DNA of 64,000 nucleotides, taken from NCBI GenBank assembly GCA_964016885.1, contig OZ024746.1:37448001-37512000 (forward strand). Reading direction: 5' to 3'. Every line of letters starts with the position of its first letter. Position 1 is the first letter of the stretch. The notes under the pieces are model-generated. The model was not told the origin of the DNA. It was given only the letters and a program-made list of their open reading frames with translations, and did no database searches. The translations under genes and the position numbers were made by a program. The DNA is from Eledone cirrhosa. Lineage: Eukaryota. Shown here piece after piece: positions 1 to 13,700 of this stretch.

Positions 1-879
1 CCCACATAATTAGCAGCTCCAGGTTCACCTACAAGGGTAAACGAAAAGGGTTGGCTGATAAGAGTTTCAGGACCAGTTATAGTGATACTGTTGGGAATGG
101 GACAGATATAACCAATTAATTGCATGTTATATAATATTCCCATATTAGCCAATGAAAGCACAATATGTACTTCCCATCAGAACACCCGGAAGTCAAGGCC
201 ATATTTAGTCAACACAGTCCAGTCTATATCGAAACAAAATGATAAACACACCAAGAGTTAAGAAATAAATGGTGAAATATAATGACCTGAACCGCGAAGT
301 TCTTTTCATAGCTCTATGGCACTATTTTGTAAAAAAAAAAGAAAAAAAAAACAAGCACATAAAATCAAACATATTCGTACATATTCGTTCGTATATGTAC
401 ATATGCACACATGCAAAAAAGGGACACAAACATATATGCATACACAAACACATACCCATTTATATAGTCACACGGAACTGTTTACAAGCAAAGCTAAACT
501 TATGTTCGTATGAATATTTAATTAATTCATGTACGCTTTGGCATAATACCTGAATATTCTCAAATATTTCATCAGCACACATGCTACAACATACATGAGC
601 ATTTCACACGCTTCTAAATATATATATATATGTATGCGTACATATAAATTATAACATTATCACTGCCATAAAATGATTATTAATTCACTGCGTTTTCTTG
701 AAACATTACATTACCTGCATAAGTATCAATAACAGAACTATAACTAATATAAAAAGTAAATGTTGAAATATATTATCACAACTTAATGTCAAGCATATAT
801 ACACACCACTGCAAGAAATCAGCTTTACAAACATCATTTTACCACCACCACCACCACCTCATAGGGGCAGCTGAACCTA

Positions 880-1260
880 TCCCATGCATAATAATTTGAA
901 GGGAAGGCGCTTCAGTCAGTTATCGCATAAATGGGTAACACACAAATGCCAGATGGTAATACATGATGGAGGCGATACATATGTTCAGCATGTATTTCCA
1001 ATATTTCAAGGATAGCTTACCGCCCATCTCTGGGTGAGAGAGATCACCATCTTATTACCCACGTGCTAGGACTCATCCATTTGCAGGTCTGGACCAAACC
1101 AAACACCAAGAAAATCAACCGGTCCTTCTCTCCAGCATCCGACGACGCTTATCCTGTACAACCTGTACCACAGGTGCCAATTCACAAACCCAACGATATG
1201 TCCAGGTGAATCTTTGCTTGTTATCTTCACGTATTTCTCTAAGAATATGCCGCCTACCAT
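880..1260 (-). mobile_element. Degenerate L1/Tx1-like LINE ORF2 fragment (post-RT region)
   Basis: The minus-strand peptide SVVGCWREGPVDFLGVWFGPDLQMDES*, followed by ...QRWA..KLSLK, resembles the Tx1-clade 'LLGVWFGPDLQ...W..RKLSLKG' segment. Stops and frameshifts are present. Confidence 0.6.
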
Positions 1261-2913
1261 TCGCGACCACCACAGTAAAGTTGTCCGTATTTTTCGACGC
1301 AGCCATTCTATGTCTTGAATTGCACGGAATGTACTTCAATAGCACCGGCATTCGCAGTATAGGTTCGGAAATTCGTACATCATTATCGGACTGAACAAGT
1401 TGCCTGAAATGGCTCCGAAGGTAGGCATTTAATCTGACATCCGATCAACGGTTACTGTGCATTAAAGCGATCCAACCTCTAAAATGTGACCGATACCGGT
1501 GTTTGGCCCTATCAAACGTTTTTCATGGTCCTAAATCTGTCACAGTCTCACAAAAGTCACTCTTACATCCTATCCTTTCTATGTTGTATCACTTACGCTG
1601 GAGGTTGTTGATTAATTGCCTGGTCACTATTACATATCTTTACGCTTCCCCGACCACACCCTTGAAGTAAGCGCTGACATGTATATTAGACCTCCATCAA
1701 AATCATAAACTCCATGTTGGTCAGAGTTATGTGACTGACATTTTCAAATACGACACCCTTGTTTGCATCTTTCCTAATTCGTGTTACTACTCCATGGCTT
1801 ACGGAACTCGGAATTCCCTGGCTCTTTTGGCAGCTGCAATAAACAGCGGCAAGTTTATCGTGGCGTACGTTATGCATATCTAAAGAAAACATTTAATTTA
1901 GACTATCCAAGCCTGATGATCTGCACCTCGTACAGTGGCTCAAGTCATCTCGTATCTTGACTAGAGATATCACCCTTTCGCTGCACTCCACACTTTCGAG
2001 CAAGTGTCGCCTCTGGTTATCGACGTAGTAACTTTACTCTGCCACCTATTTGCCTCAGTCAGTTGTGGTATGTACCGCTTGAAAGCCATAACATTATATT
2101 GGAAACAAGCAATCTGTGACCATCTCGAACCACCAAATTCAATATATAGCTTTATCTCTACGCTGTGCCTCTGTTTTAGCCTACATAATGGAATTAACTA
2201 ACTATTCTCTATGACATATCATCTTATATTATAATTTCATAATTAATTATATTTTATCGTTAACTCTATCATAGCATGTTACATGTTGTAGAACGACACT
2301 CTACTTACAAAAAATATTCACACTTTCTTTACCTACCTTATTACTTTATGATGATAACTAATTCCATAATATATACATTTTCTTAAATTTAATATCATAC
2401 ATATAATATCATATTTCAACGTTGCATTTGTATTTTGAATTATATACTGGTCATGGATTATGATGTGTATAATAACGCCCGATCTTGTTGTGTCTAAGAG
2501 CTTTATATTAACAACTTATTTATATATATGTATATATTTGAATGTCCATATTTTATCTGTTTTTGCTGCTTCCGTTGAAGTCACATTTGCTTCGATGACA
2601 TGATGAAATAAGAAAGTTATAATCATATATCAACATTAAAACAAAACAGTAAACAATACAATAGAAAGTAATACAAACAAAATACATCAGTGGATACAAA
2701 CACTGAAATTTTATTTCATTGAGGAGAAATTTAAAACCAAACATAGATAACATATATACATATATGCATATATATATAAAACATATATATATATATGAAT
2801 GTATGTATAGTATATTTGGCAATATACCATATATTTAATTAAAAACATTTTGAAGACCATACGTTATCGGTTTTAAAGTCACTTACTTCTTTTCAGCGAA
2901 AGAAGGGAGAGAA

Positions 2914-2952
2914 GCTAACAATCTGTTTCACAGTGTTGGCGATCATCAGAGA
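2914..2952 (-). ncRNA. Candidate degenerate type-I hammerhead ribozyme motif
   Basis: Minus strand reads ct-CTGATGA-tcgccaacactgt-GAAA-cagattg-TT-ag. The core is intact, but stems I and II are weak. Confidence 0.4.
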
Positions 2953-3112
2953 CACGCAATTCCTGCTTTCGCCGAAAATTATAGAAGCTGGATTCTTATA
3001 GAATTCCAGTAATAATCAGGAGCTGATTATATAGAGCGATTGCCGGTCCAGCAAATATATACTATACATACATTCATGTAATAATCGATATTTCAGAGCA
3101 CTAATCCTAATA

Positions 3113-3115
<3 letters not shown>

Positions 3116-3164
<49 letters not shown>

Positions 3165-3166
3165 TA

Positions 3167-3248
<82 letters not shown>
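3116..3248. repeat. (TA)n microsatellite flanking a PLE insertion
   Basis: Directly visible dinucleotide tract. Confidence 0.95.
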
Positions 3249-3249
<1 letters not shown>

Positions 3250-3251
<2 letters not shown>

Positions 3252-5230
3252 GTAGAACACTGGAAGGTAATATCCGTAGTGGTAGAGCACTCAGTCCATG
3301 GGACGTGTTTGGCCCATAACCCTATTATTTCTAAATATAAGAAAGCTAACCCTATGGCCTACCACGACATTAATACAGAAGCCAAAGAACATGCCGCCGC
3401 CCTTAAGGTAGATAAGAAGCTACAATCTCTAGCTAAGGGGGAGGCGTTCATCACCCTGACAGATCACAAGGTAGACTTTACTTCTTACCCCACATGTAGA
3501 CTAATAAACCCGGCATGCACAGATATGGGACTAGTCAGTAAGGCTATACTTAGAAACATAGTTAAGACTATTAGGACGAAGTCCAACCTGCCCCAGTGGG
3601 AAAACGGCAACTCCGTAATTAGGTGGTTTAACTACTTAAAATCCCAAAAAGAGAAGTTCACACAGTTTGACATTTTCTCGATGTTTACCCGTCTATTTCA
3701 GATACCCTGTTAAACAAAGCGTTGGACTTCGCTACCACTTACACCACCGTCGATGGTTTAGACAGGGACATCACCGCTCACTGCCGGAAAACCCTCCTCT
3801 TCAACGACGGAGTAGCCTGGGCAAAGAAGTCTACAACTTCAGACCTATTCGGCGTCTCCATGGGATCGTTTGACAGTGCTGACGTATGTGACTTGGTTGC
3901 CCTATTTATCTTAGACATATTACGTGTTAGATTCCCGGACGTCCACACGGGAATATACCGCAATGATGGACTGACTTTATCGAGCCATAAAAGTGGTCAC
4001 GACCTCGAACGGTTTAAAAAAGACTTAGCTTCTACCTTCAATGAGTTAGGACATAGCTACCAACATCCCTAGCGTAATTTCTCAGACATTAATTTAGACC
4101 TTCGCACACAAACCCACAGACGCTTCCATAAACTAAACGAAAAACTCAATTACATTCACAAAGACTCATGCCACCCTCCCACTGTTTTTAGAAACTTCGT
4201 AAATAATATCAGTACTAGAATCTCAAACCTCTCCTCTAATAAGGCTATCTTTGACAGGGCGGCACCCTACTATAACACGGCGTTAGCTAACAACGGCTTC
4301 TCGCAACCTATAACTTACTCTCCCACTATCAACAACAGCAATAGGAAAATTAAGCGCAACAATAAACAAACAATCTGGTTCTCTCCTCCCTTCTCACTAA
4401 ACGTTAACACCAACGTAGGAAAAAATGTCTCGCGCTCTTAGATAGACAATTTCCCATAGGTCATAAATACCGCTCCATTTTTAACCGACACAAAGTTAAA
4501 CTAGGATCCTCCTGCGCTAAGAATATGAAGGCCCACATCACCAGCAGCCCAAGGGGCAACACCCCACCTGGGTGCTCTTGCCGTAATCCCGATGCTTGCC
4601 CTACTTCAACAGCAATGAAACACACCAGCTGTCATTTATGAAGCTGTGGTCACTTCCAACCGACCAAACCAACCACAAGAGGTCAAATCCTATGTGGGCA
4701 TGGCGGAGGGCCGATTTAAGGAACATTTCTTGAACCACCAGTCGACTGTTAGGTACGCGGACATTCGTTCATCCACGAAACTCACGAGCCAGGTATGGTC
4801 GCTCAAGGACTCAGGTATAGACTACTCCATTCAATGGAAAGCCGTCACTAAGTCCAAGCCATACGCAAGGGGAAATCTGTCGTGTGGCTTATGTATTGAC
4901 GAACGAATAACTATTCTAAAGAGATTATGAAATAGTGATTGCCTAAAGAGGAGAATCTGAATTCTTCACACGTTGTCCACACGTCACCAAAAAACTACAA
5001 AACCTGGATTTAATCATTGTAATTTTGATATCAACTAAAAACTTTTCCGACGTTCGCAGTTATCTCCCTTACACCTCTTGCACGCATTCTAGTATTGCCT
5101 GTGTGAAGCGACCAGTTTCTGCGCATGCGCATTCGTACGGTTGTCCTTCCTCTTCCTATAACCATGCCCATTCCGAGCTGAGGATCCGCTAATGTGAAAC
5201 AATTGTTATCGTTATGGTGAACTAACTTCT
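3250..5230 (+). mobile_element. Penelope-like retroelement, Naiad-type, 5'-truncated and frameshifted (RT + C-terminal GIY-YIG endonuclease)
   Basis: Successive frames give CRLINPACTDMG, FTQFDI, MGSFDSADVCDLV, GIYRNDGL (YxDD mutated), the linker CSCRNPDACP, then YVGMAEGRFKEHFLNH...WSLKD...CGLC. (TA)n tracts flank both sides. Confidence 0.9.
5175..5211 (+). ncRNA. Candidate minimal hammerhead ribozyme in the PLE 3' end
   Basis: cgag-CTGAGGA-tccgctaatgt-GAAA-caattg-TT-atcg, with a palindromic stem III (ACAATTGT). It lies about 200 nt downstream of the endonuclease domain. Stems I and II are imperfect. Confidence 0.55.
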
Positions 5231-5235
5231 ATATA

Positions 5236-6195
<960 letters not shown>

Positions 6196-6196
6196 A

Positions 6197-6233
<37 letters not shown>

Positions 6234-6299
6234 AAGGTTTAGTAAATAATGAAAAAGTTTCAAAATAAATTAAAAAAATTGACTTTACCTACTATAGTT

Positions 6300-6383
6300 A
6301 CCTTTACCGATCGGTTTCGAATCCCAAAAATAAAACGGAGACCATACGGCCTTCGTTGCAAAGAAAGTTTCTCGTCAGAAGGT
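6300..6383 (-). ncRNA. Type-I hammerhead ribozyme, array copy 1
   Basis: acctt-CTGACGA-gaa...ttc-GAAA-ccgatcgg-TA-aaggt. Stem II has a mismatch relative to copies 2 and 3. Confidence 0.8.
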
Positions 6384-6782
6384 TCTTTTCATTCAAAGAA
6401 TATAAAATTCCTGAATTTAAATCACAAACTAGCGCTATCAAAAACTGTTCCTGGGATGAGAGTGGATGATGTAGAACAGGTTTATCAAGGGCCGTAGCAA
6501 AGATAGAGGCAAATGGAGGTAGGTCAAACTAGCCACAGCTATTGCTAGCAGCAGTCGGAATGACCAGGTTTGTTCTCAACGTTAGTGGAGGTAGTAGTAA
6601 TATGAAATGAGTTCCTTCACGCACAAGGCGCCAAGGTACGCATGTATTGTCCAACCAAATGCCAGTGTGGTTCAATGGCGGGTTAATAAATTAACGAGCC
6701 AGAACAAATATAAACAAGGTTTAGTAAATAATGAAAAAGTTTCAAAATAAATTTTAAAAAATTGACTTTACCTACTATAGTT

Positions 6783-6866
6783 ACCTTTACCGATCGGTTT
6801 CGAATCCCAAAAATAAAACGGAGACCATACGGCCTTCGTTGCAAAGAAAGATTCTCGTCAGAAGGT
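6783..6866 (-). ncRNA. Type-I hammerhead ribozyme, array copy 2
   Basis: acctt-CTGACGA-gaatct...ggattc-GAAA-ccgatcgg-TA-aaggt. Canonical core with a palindromic stem III. Confidence 0.85.
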
Positions 6867-7264
6867 TCTTTTCATTCAAAGAATATAAAATTCCTGAATT
6901 TAAATCACAAACTAGCGCTATCAAAAACTGTTCCTGGGATGAGAGTGGATGATGTAGAACAGGTTTATCAAGGGCCGTAGCAAAGATAGAGGCAAAAGGA
7001 GGTAGGTCAAACTAGCCACAGCTATTGCTAGCAGCAGTCGGAATGACCAGGTTTGTTCTCAACGTTAGTGGAGGTAGTAGTAATATGAAATACGTTCCTT
7101 CACGCACAAGGCGCCAAGGTACGCATGTATTGTCCAAACAAATGCCAGTGTGGTTCAATGGCGGGTTAATAAATTAACGAGCCAGAACAAATATAAACAA
7201 GGTTTAGTAAATAATGAAAAAGTTCAAAATAAATTTTAAAAAATTGACTTTACCTACTATAGTT

Positions 7265-7348
7265 ACCTTTACCGATCGGTTTCGAATCCCAAAAATAAAA
7301 CGGAGACCATACGGCCTTCGTTGCAAAGAAAGATTCTCGTCAGAAGGT
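7265..7348 (-). ncRNA. Type-I hammerhead ribozyme, array copy 3
   Basis: Same motif as copy 2. Confidence 0.85.
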
Positions 7349-7516
7349 TCTTTTCATTCAAAGAATATGAAATTCCTGTATTTAAATCACAAACTAGCGC
7401 TATCAAAAACTGTTCCATTTGTTCTGGCTCGTTAATTTATTAACCCGCCATTGAACCACACTGGCATTTGGTTGGACAATACATGCGTACCTTGGCGCCT
7501 TGTGCGTGAAGGAACG

Positions 7517-7549
<33 letters not shown>

Positions 7550-7556
<7 letters not shown>

Positions 7557-7858
7557 ATGCTTTGGGAGGGCCATGTTGCCAATAACAAACACACACACCA
7601 TTTGTTTCACTCCAATTTATTGGGGCCGTAGCAAAGATAGAGGCAAAAGGAGGTAGGTCAAACTAGTCACAGCTATTGCTAGCAGCAGTCGGAATGACCA
7701 GGTTTGTTCTCAACGTTAGTGGAGGTAGTAGTAATATGAAATACGTTCCTTCACGCACAAGGCGCCAAGGTACGGCTGGTTGGTTGGTTGGTTCCATAAC
7801 CGGACGGTTGTTCATATATGAAAAACCGTCCGGTTATGGAACCAATCAACCGGAAATT

Positions 7859-7860
<2 letters not shown>
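7550..7860. repeat. Chimeric repeat: family B pLTR pieces enclosing a ~150 bp piece of the 483-bp unit
   Basis: 7550-7620 and 7775-7860 match family B (tttgggagggccatgttgccaataa; ggttggttggttcc), while 7623-7774 matches the neighbouring array. Confidence 0.7.
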
Positions 7861-7890
<30 letters not shown>

Positions 7891-8966
7891 TATGTGTGTG
7901 TGTGTGTGTTTTGCAGGTTTTTTTTATTATATATATATAACACGTATGTGTGGAAACTGGAATCGACAAGATAATAATAATGCAAACAGTTTTAAACATA
8001 TACGATAAGCCTTTGTGGCTCTCTGGTCATCTTTTTTTTGGTCAGGGTGTGTATGACAATGTTGTAACAGATGCTTTTAAATCTGAACTGCTGCCTGTCT
8101 TTAGAGACTTAAATCTGAATTCTGAATGTAGAAAACTGAATAGATGTTTTCCTAGAAAAAATAACGAAAAAGCAGAGACAACATTGTTAGTTATGTCCTT
8201 GCATATGTGTCTGTGTCAAAGGATGTGTTATTTTCCATCGGCTATCTATTTATCTTCGTTTTCTTGCTTGCTTGTTCTTTTATCTACATACAATAGTTAT
8301 AGTTGGACTGTTTGCGTCTGTAAGCATTTATCACGAAAGATTTCAAGCATCGCACGTATCATGTCAAGGAGATATGCTGATGTTAGGAATCGGTGATTAA
8401 GTGATAATATGGATTATATGTTCGTTTATAATGTCACATAGACGTTTTCCATTCCTTAATATTTTTTTTTCTAAAATGTATAGTACATGTTGAAAAACAC
8501 ACTGTTTTCTATTTCTAAGTGTTATGCTATATAGGTTCGACGTCATTAATACAATTCAGAAAATGTGAGTCTAATACGCCTATATTTTCAAATACCGGCC
8601 ATATTTGTGCCTTTGTTATTAGAAATACTTATCAAAACGTAGCTCTTACAGTTCATGGTTCGATATCAGTGTGCAGTATCTGTGTTGTGTTTTATCATAA
8701 AATATTGTTAAAATAAAAACATGTAAGTAAAATTAGGTAGGTGAAAATGTGCAGAAGATAGTTATATTAACTGCACATGTTATTCAAATCACTCGCCTTA
8801 TCTCATCTTTCTTCTATGTACTTTAATGTTAGAGTAATGTAAACGGCATGTGAGTTTGTAACTCATTCATTTATAACTTAAATAATAATTGGGCTAGATG
8901 ATTGGACAACTGAAAGGCCATCAGAAAAAGACTTATGAACATGTATTCACACTTACACTAACGCAC

Positions 8967-9012
<46 letters not shown>

Positions 9013-9767
9013 ATACACACCCACACACACGCAAACATACACATATTGAAAGAAACACGCACCAATTATGTTTTGATTCATTTTACTTAATTTAGTATGG
9101 TGGTATATTGCTTGTATCTGTAAAGCGTCGGACGAAATGCTTTGCATCATAGATTTACGTCCTTTTACGACCTGAGGTCACATACCGCCAAGGTGAGCTT
9201 TCATTTTCTCCAGGTAGGGTCGATAAAATAACGTTCTAGAAATGCAATGGACTCGAATTAATTGACTTTGTTGAAATTGTATCTAATTCTGAAACCATTA
9301 TTAGAAAGTTAATTTATTGTGTCGTTGTTTCATCGTTAATTGCGAAAGATCTTTCGTCGAAGATCAATGAATATTCTTGCTGCTCTGTTTGACTTTTTTC
9401 TTTTTGTTCTTTCTTTCGAACCTTCCTCTCATTAGCCCATCTTGTCTTTAAGCGTAGTGTATCTATGTTGTCCTCTCGCGCCTTTGTTTATAACTGCTTA
9501 TGTTTTTGTATCGTTGCGTGCTGCTGCTTCGTTGAGTTTCTGGGTTTGGTATTCGTATAATATCTCACTCTTTTCTTTCTTGGGGAAGTTTTTTTTTTAT
9601 TTATTCCTGATAATATTTTTAATTTGTTTGTGGCACTATGGCCTACAAAAATTAAAACAATGTCTGTAAAACCACAGTATATATATATATATATATATAT
9701 TGCAAATACTTACAACTAAGATAAGTATACCAAAAGGCAGTCATGTAACGTTAGGGCTCGAAACTAT

Positions 9768-9955
9768 TTGATAATTGTCTCTACTTTTGACACAAGGGCA
9801 TCAACTATTACAGTGTATTACTGGTACTTTGTTTTATCGACCCCGTAACGATGAAAGGTAAAGTTAACATCGGCGGGATTTGAACTCAGTCAGTAAAGGG
9901 ACGTAACTGTGCTGCACAGCTTGGCGTCCGACCCGCTACCGATAGTGCCACCGCC
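9768..9955 (-). mobile_element. tRNA-derived SINE with Nin-type central domain (octopus-type)
   Basis: Reverse complement contains the B-box-like gagttcaaatccc and ctttcatcgttacggggtcgataaaacaaagtaccag. Matches five other copies in the window. Confidence 0.85.
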
Positions 9956-10445
9956 TTAGTTGATAATATAATAAGAAAACATTTTGATCATTTACTATAA
10001 ACAGATGAAGTGCCTTCGATGAACATTCAAATTTAGTAAAATTCACTACACAACAAAAATGTTTAAGATATATATTTTTTTTAATAAATCATTGATATTC
10101 AACCAGAGTAACAGATAATAAATTCAGGATGAATCTATTTTCATATATTCTATTTATTACTGTTGAGACCTGACGAGATTTAGCAAAGAAAAACACAAAC
10201 TGAAATACAAAACTGCACTGAAATAAAATAAAGCAACAACGAGATGTTGATAGAGTAGATGAAGTCGAAAACGGCGGGGATGATTACGATGATATTCAAG
10301 AGGAACATGAAAGGAAATGAATATGCTTAGTTTAGAAAGCAAATCTCATTTCAGATCTGCAGTCGTTTAGTGCGCAATATTTGTAACTACCAGTCATGTT
10401 ATATTCTCGTGACGAGCACACAAACACTTATACGGACAGAGTAAA

Positions 10446-10486
<41 letters not shown>

Positions 10487-10490
<4 letters not shown>

Positions 10491-10586
10491 AGGCATCTAC
10501 AGAAATATAACTCTTTCCTTCGGGAGAAATCATCCATTATGATTTCTCCCGAATGAAACAGTTCTAGTCCTGTGGAAGCCTTTCTA
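10487..10586. repeat. ~100 bp imperfect hairpin between (TA)n tracts
   Basis: agaaaggc...ttcgggagaaatcat-ccatt-atgatttctcccgaa...gcctttct. Confidence 0.75.
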
Positions 10587-10689
10587 TATTACATATTTAT
10601 ACTCTGCTGTGTATCGTGTACCTTACTTACTTTGGTTACCCCCGATTGAACCCGGGATAAACTTATATATATATATATATATATATATA

Positions 10690-10765
10690 GGACATTGTTG
10701 AAGACCCAGACGGCAGAGCTCGTGCCGTTTCGACGGCTATTTCAGTCTAGAAATAGCTGCCAGAA
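10690..10765 (-). repeat. Family C fragment carrying the 3' half of an HHR
   Basis: Minus strand tagccgtc-GAAA-cggca.cgagctc.tgccg-TC-tgggtc is similar to 16672-16767 and 57001-57100. Confidence 0.6.
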
Positions 10766-13700
10766 ATAGCTACCTTTTCCTCAAAGATATGTAAAAGTAC
10801 TTTAGCTTCTGATATCATATGCAAGAAGAGCGAGATGGCAAGGTATCATCATTACCCGCCTCATTTATTGACTTTTCTGATTTATGATGAGCTTTCTTTC
10901 GTTTTGTCTTTTGAAGAACGAAGGATCCATGATAAACATGAATGCGACGCACTTTTCAGCAAGCATGAATTGACAATATTTCCCTCTGTGGATCTTAGTT
11001 TGTGTGTTGTATTTTGGTAAATCACTGCAACTGCTCTGATCATGTGTATATTCTACATACAGTTCCATCAAAGAAATACCATATTATTCGAACTTACAAC
11101 ATGTAAGGTCATGGATTTATATGAAAACGTCGAAGTAAAAATAGATTAAGATACCGAAATATCTTACAAACAAACATATACAATCGATATCAATAAGGAA
11201 AATGAATTCAGTACAGTTTTGATTTACTAGATTATTGACATGCTTCACCATACGCAAACAACGAGAAAACGAATTGTTTTAATGCGGTGGCTTAGTTTGT
11301 TATTGTAAAATAAGTGTTTTTCTTGAAGGTTACTTCTTTTCTTTGTTTATAAACTTAGAAAGGTTGAGTGTATTTCTAACTACCATATCACTACATTTTT
11401 CATTTAGAATTCCACACACATTTAGAATGGTTTATAGGCATATTAAATCGATATCATTATTTGGCTGGTTTCATGTTGGCAATTCGGAGTAACAGCGGTA
11501 ATTTTGGCGTGGTGTGAACTGAGTGCATATAATTTTCATAGGTATGTTCCCTCTCAAATTAAACATCCCTCTACAATTTCTTCTATTAACATTCCCCTTT
11601 CATCTGACATGTTATATATTAGTATTGATTTGGCCGCACTATTTAGCTAGCCTTTCATTTGTCTATTCTGAACAGATGCATACCGAAGTTGAAGGTGTGA
11701 CACTTGGATTCAGTACATGCAGTACCTAAACAGGCATTTTGACCTGTGCTTGGAAATTATTTTACGTTTAGATTCGTGTGCTGATTTTTGCTAGTCTTAC
11801 ATATCACACTCTCTATATTTAATATTTAACTTTCAAATAGTTGAGCATTATGAAATTGAGTAATTCTCAAATATTTCCATCGTCCATTTTTGTCATAGGA
11901 ACGTTAAACGTCTTCTCTTTCACCAGATTATTAGAGTAAACTCCGAGCTGTTAACCCTATATTTCCAGAAAGGTTGGGACTGAAATTTGATGATCTCTAT
12001 ATTATCTGCCTTCAATGATTGCCGGCGCTGATAGTAACTCATTTTAATGTGTTAATGTTTGTGAGACGCGCATAATTTATCTGAACACCACCGGGGTGGT
12101 TATAGATAATTTACGTAATATATTGTTTTGGAAATGACAAATGTTTTCAGTGAGTAGGTTGGTGTGTTTGTGCAGTAACAAACTGGTTGTTAGATTTTGT
12201 TATATATAATTGTGTGTCCTCGTGTGAAATGGGTGAAGAGGGAGGAGATGCAATCAGGTTGTAACTAGACTAAATATATATATTTCAATGGATTTATTAC
12301 TTTGTCAATGGATTGTGGAGCCTGAATATAGATGCAGTGTTTATGGCTATATTATGTGATACATCTCTTTTAAGTTGTGGATGAAACACATTTACCCTTT
12401 TCTCGCTTCCTTCATGATATGGAGAACACTTTGCATACTAGCTTCGCGATTTGTATATTTCTTTCCTACTCACCACTGTAGAAAGGTGCAGCGTTTTCGA
12501 TAATGATTCCGTATATCAGAATCTCTCCAACTCACTCCGGTTAATAATCTCAAGTTTGGCTGGATGTTACGTATATAGTGTCATGTTTCTATTTCTTGTA
12601 CCCTATTTAAATGTTATAAATCATATGTTGTATCTAAAAAGTAATGCAATCATTAAGTTGCAATTGTATGCATTCCTATTAATGTTTTTACATAGCCTGA
12701 CTATGCTGAATGTATACACATGTTTGTATAACTATGAGTAAATGTGTTTTTGTTATGATTGCATGTTTTCTTGTCGGTGTCATTATAGCTATGAATAACG
12801 ATGCCTGTCTGAGGTTGCAACTGCGTTTTTGTGTGCATTTAGAACGGAAGGAGTGTCGTCAGCTATTGTCTTCGTTTTCCCATGCCAGTTCAGTGTCGAT
12901 TTAATATTGGCTTCCACTTTCAATTAAGCATTTCATGAAAACATTTCATACTGTGAAAGAAATCTTCTGAATTTTAACACAGCCTAAAATGATTCGTGTT
13001 TTCTATCCATGTGTCATTCTGTTTGGCATATTTTCTCTTTCTATTGGATTCCGGCATATTTCGCGCTGCACATGTATTTAATTGATCGATGAAGATAAGG
13101 TTATTATTCATTCCTATCAATAATGTCATACCTCTAGATATTTCTGTATTCTCTTCTTATGCGACGTAACTACCAATATTTTTGCCAGGATCGAAATGGC
13201 AATTTCATCGAAATATCTGTCGTAATCGGTCGTCATTATTTGCTGAAGCCTTCTCTGGTTCCATCATAACTGCAATAACATTTTGAGAAATGTATGAATT
13301 CTCAAATTAGTTAGGAATATTGCAGAATCAGGGATGCCATACATTTACAATCCAAACCTATGATAATAATATTCCAATGCTTCTTCTCTTTTAATTAAAT
13401 AATTTATATAGTGATATCTTTGATTTCTGCTTTAAAGAAAAAATTTATTTCAATAGCCAAATCCTTTCTGTATATTCTGTCCCTTTGACGTCGGATTTGT
13501 TATGACACATGAAAGTAAAATCATTTCCCACCTTATATAATAACCCCACATTTAATCTATTTTCTTATTATATTTCTGCACGTTTTCGCTATACGTCATA
13601 ACATCTTAATAGATTGCGGATGGCGAATGAGAAAGGATAACAGATATCCAGCCAGTTTAGGTTCTACCAAAGCCCCAATATATTTGATTATAACAGTTGA

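Larger units (their letters stand above)
6229..7525 (-). mobile_element. Non-coding tandem array (~483 bp unit, about 2.5 copies) with one HHR per unit and an inverted terminal segment; retrozyme-like or tandem pLTR
   Basis: Units start near 6229, 6712 and 7194 and are near-identical. 7417-7525 is an inverted copy of part of the unit. (TA)n lies on both sides. Confidence 0.85.

Noticed and set aside
3250-5230. Selenocysteine recoding in the Naiad elements (reported for some Naiads)
   Set aside because: The in-frame TGAs seen here and at about 62371 do not fall at conserved Cys positions, the copies are frameshifted, and no convincing SECIS was found by eye.
6249-7435. Repeated ORF MKKF...TLPTIVTFTDRFRIPKIKRRPYG
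   Set aside because: Its start is frameshifted between copies, it has no recognisable domain, and it is antisense to the HHR-bearing strand of a tandem repeat.
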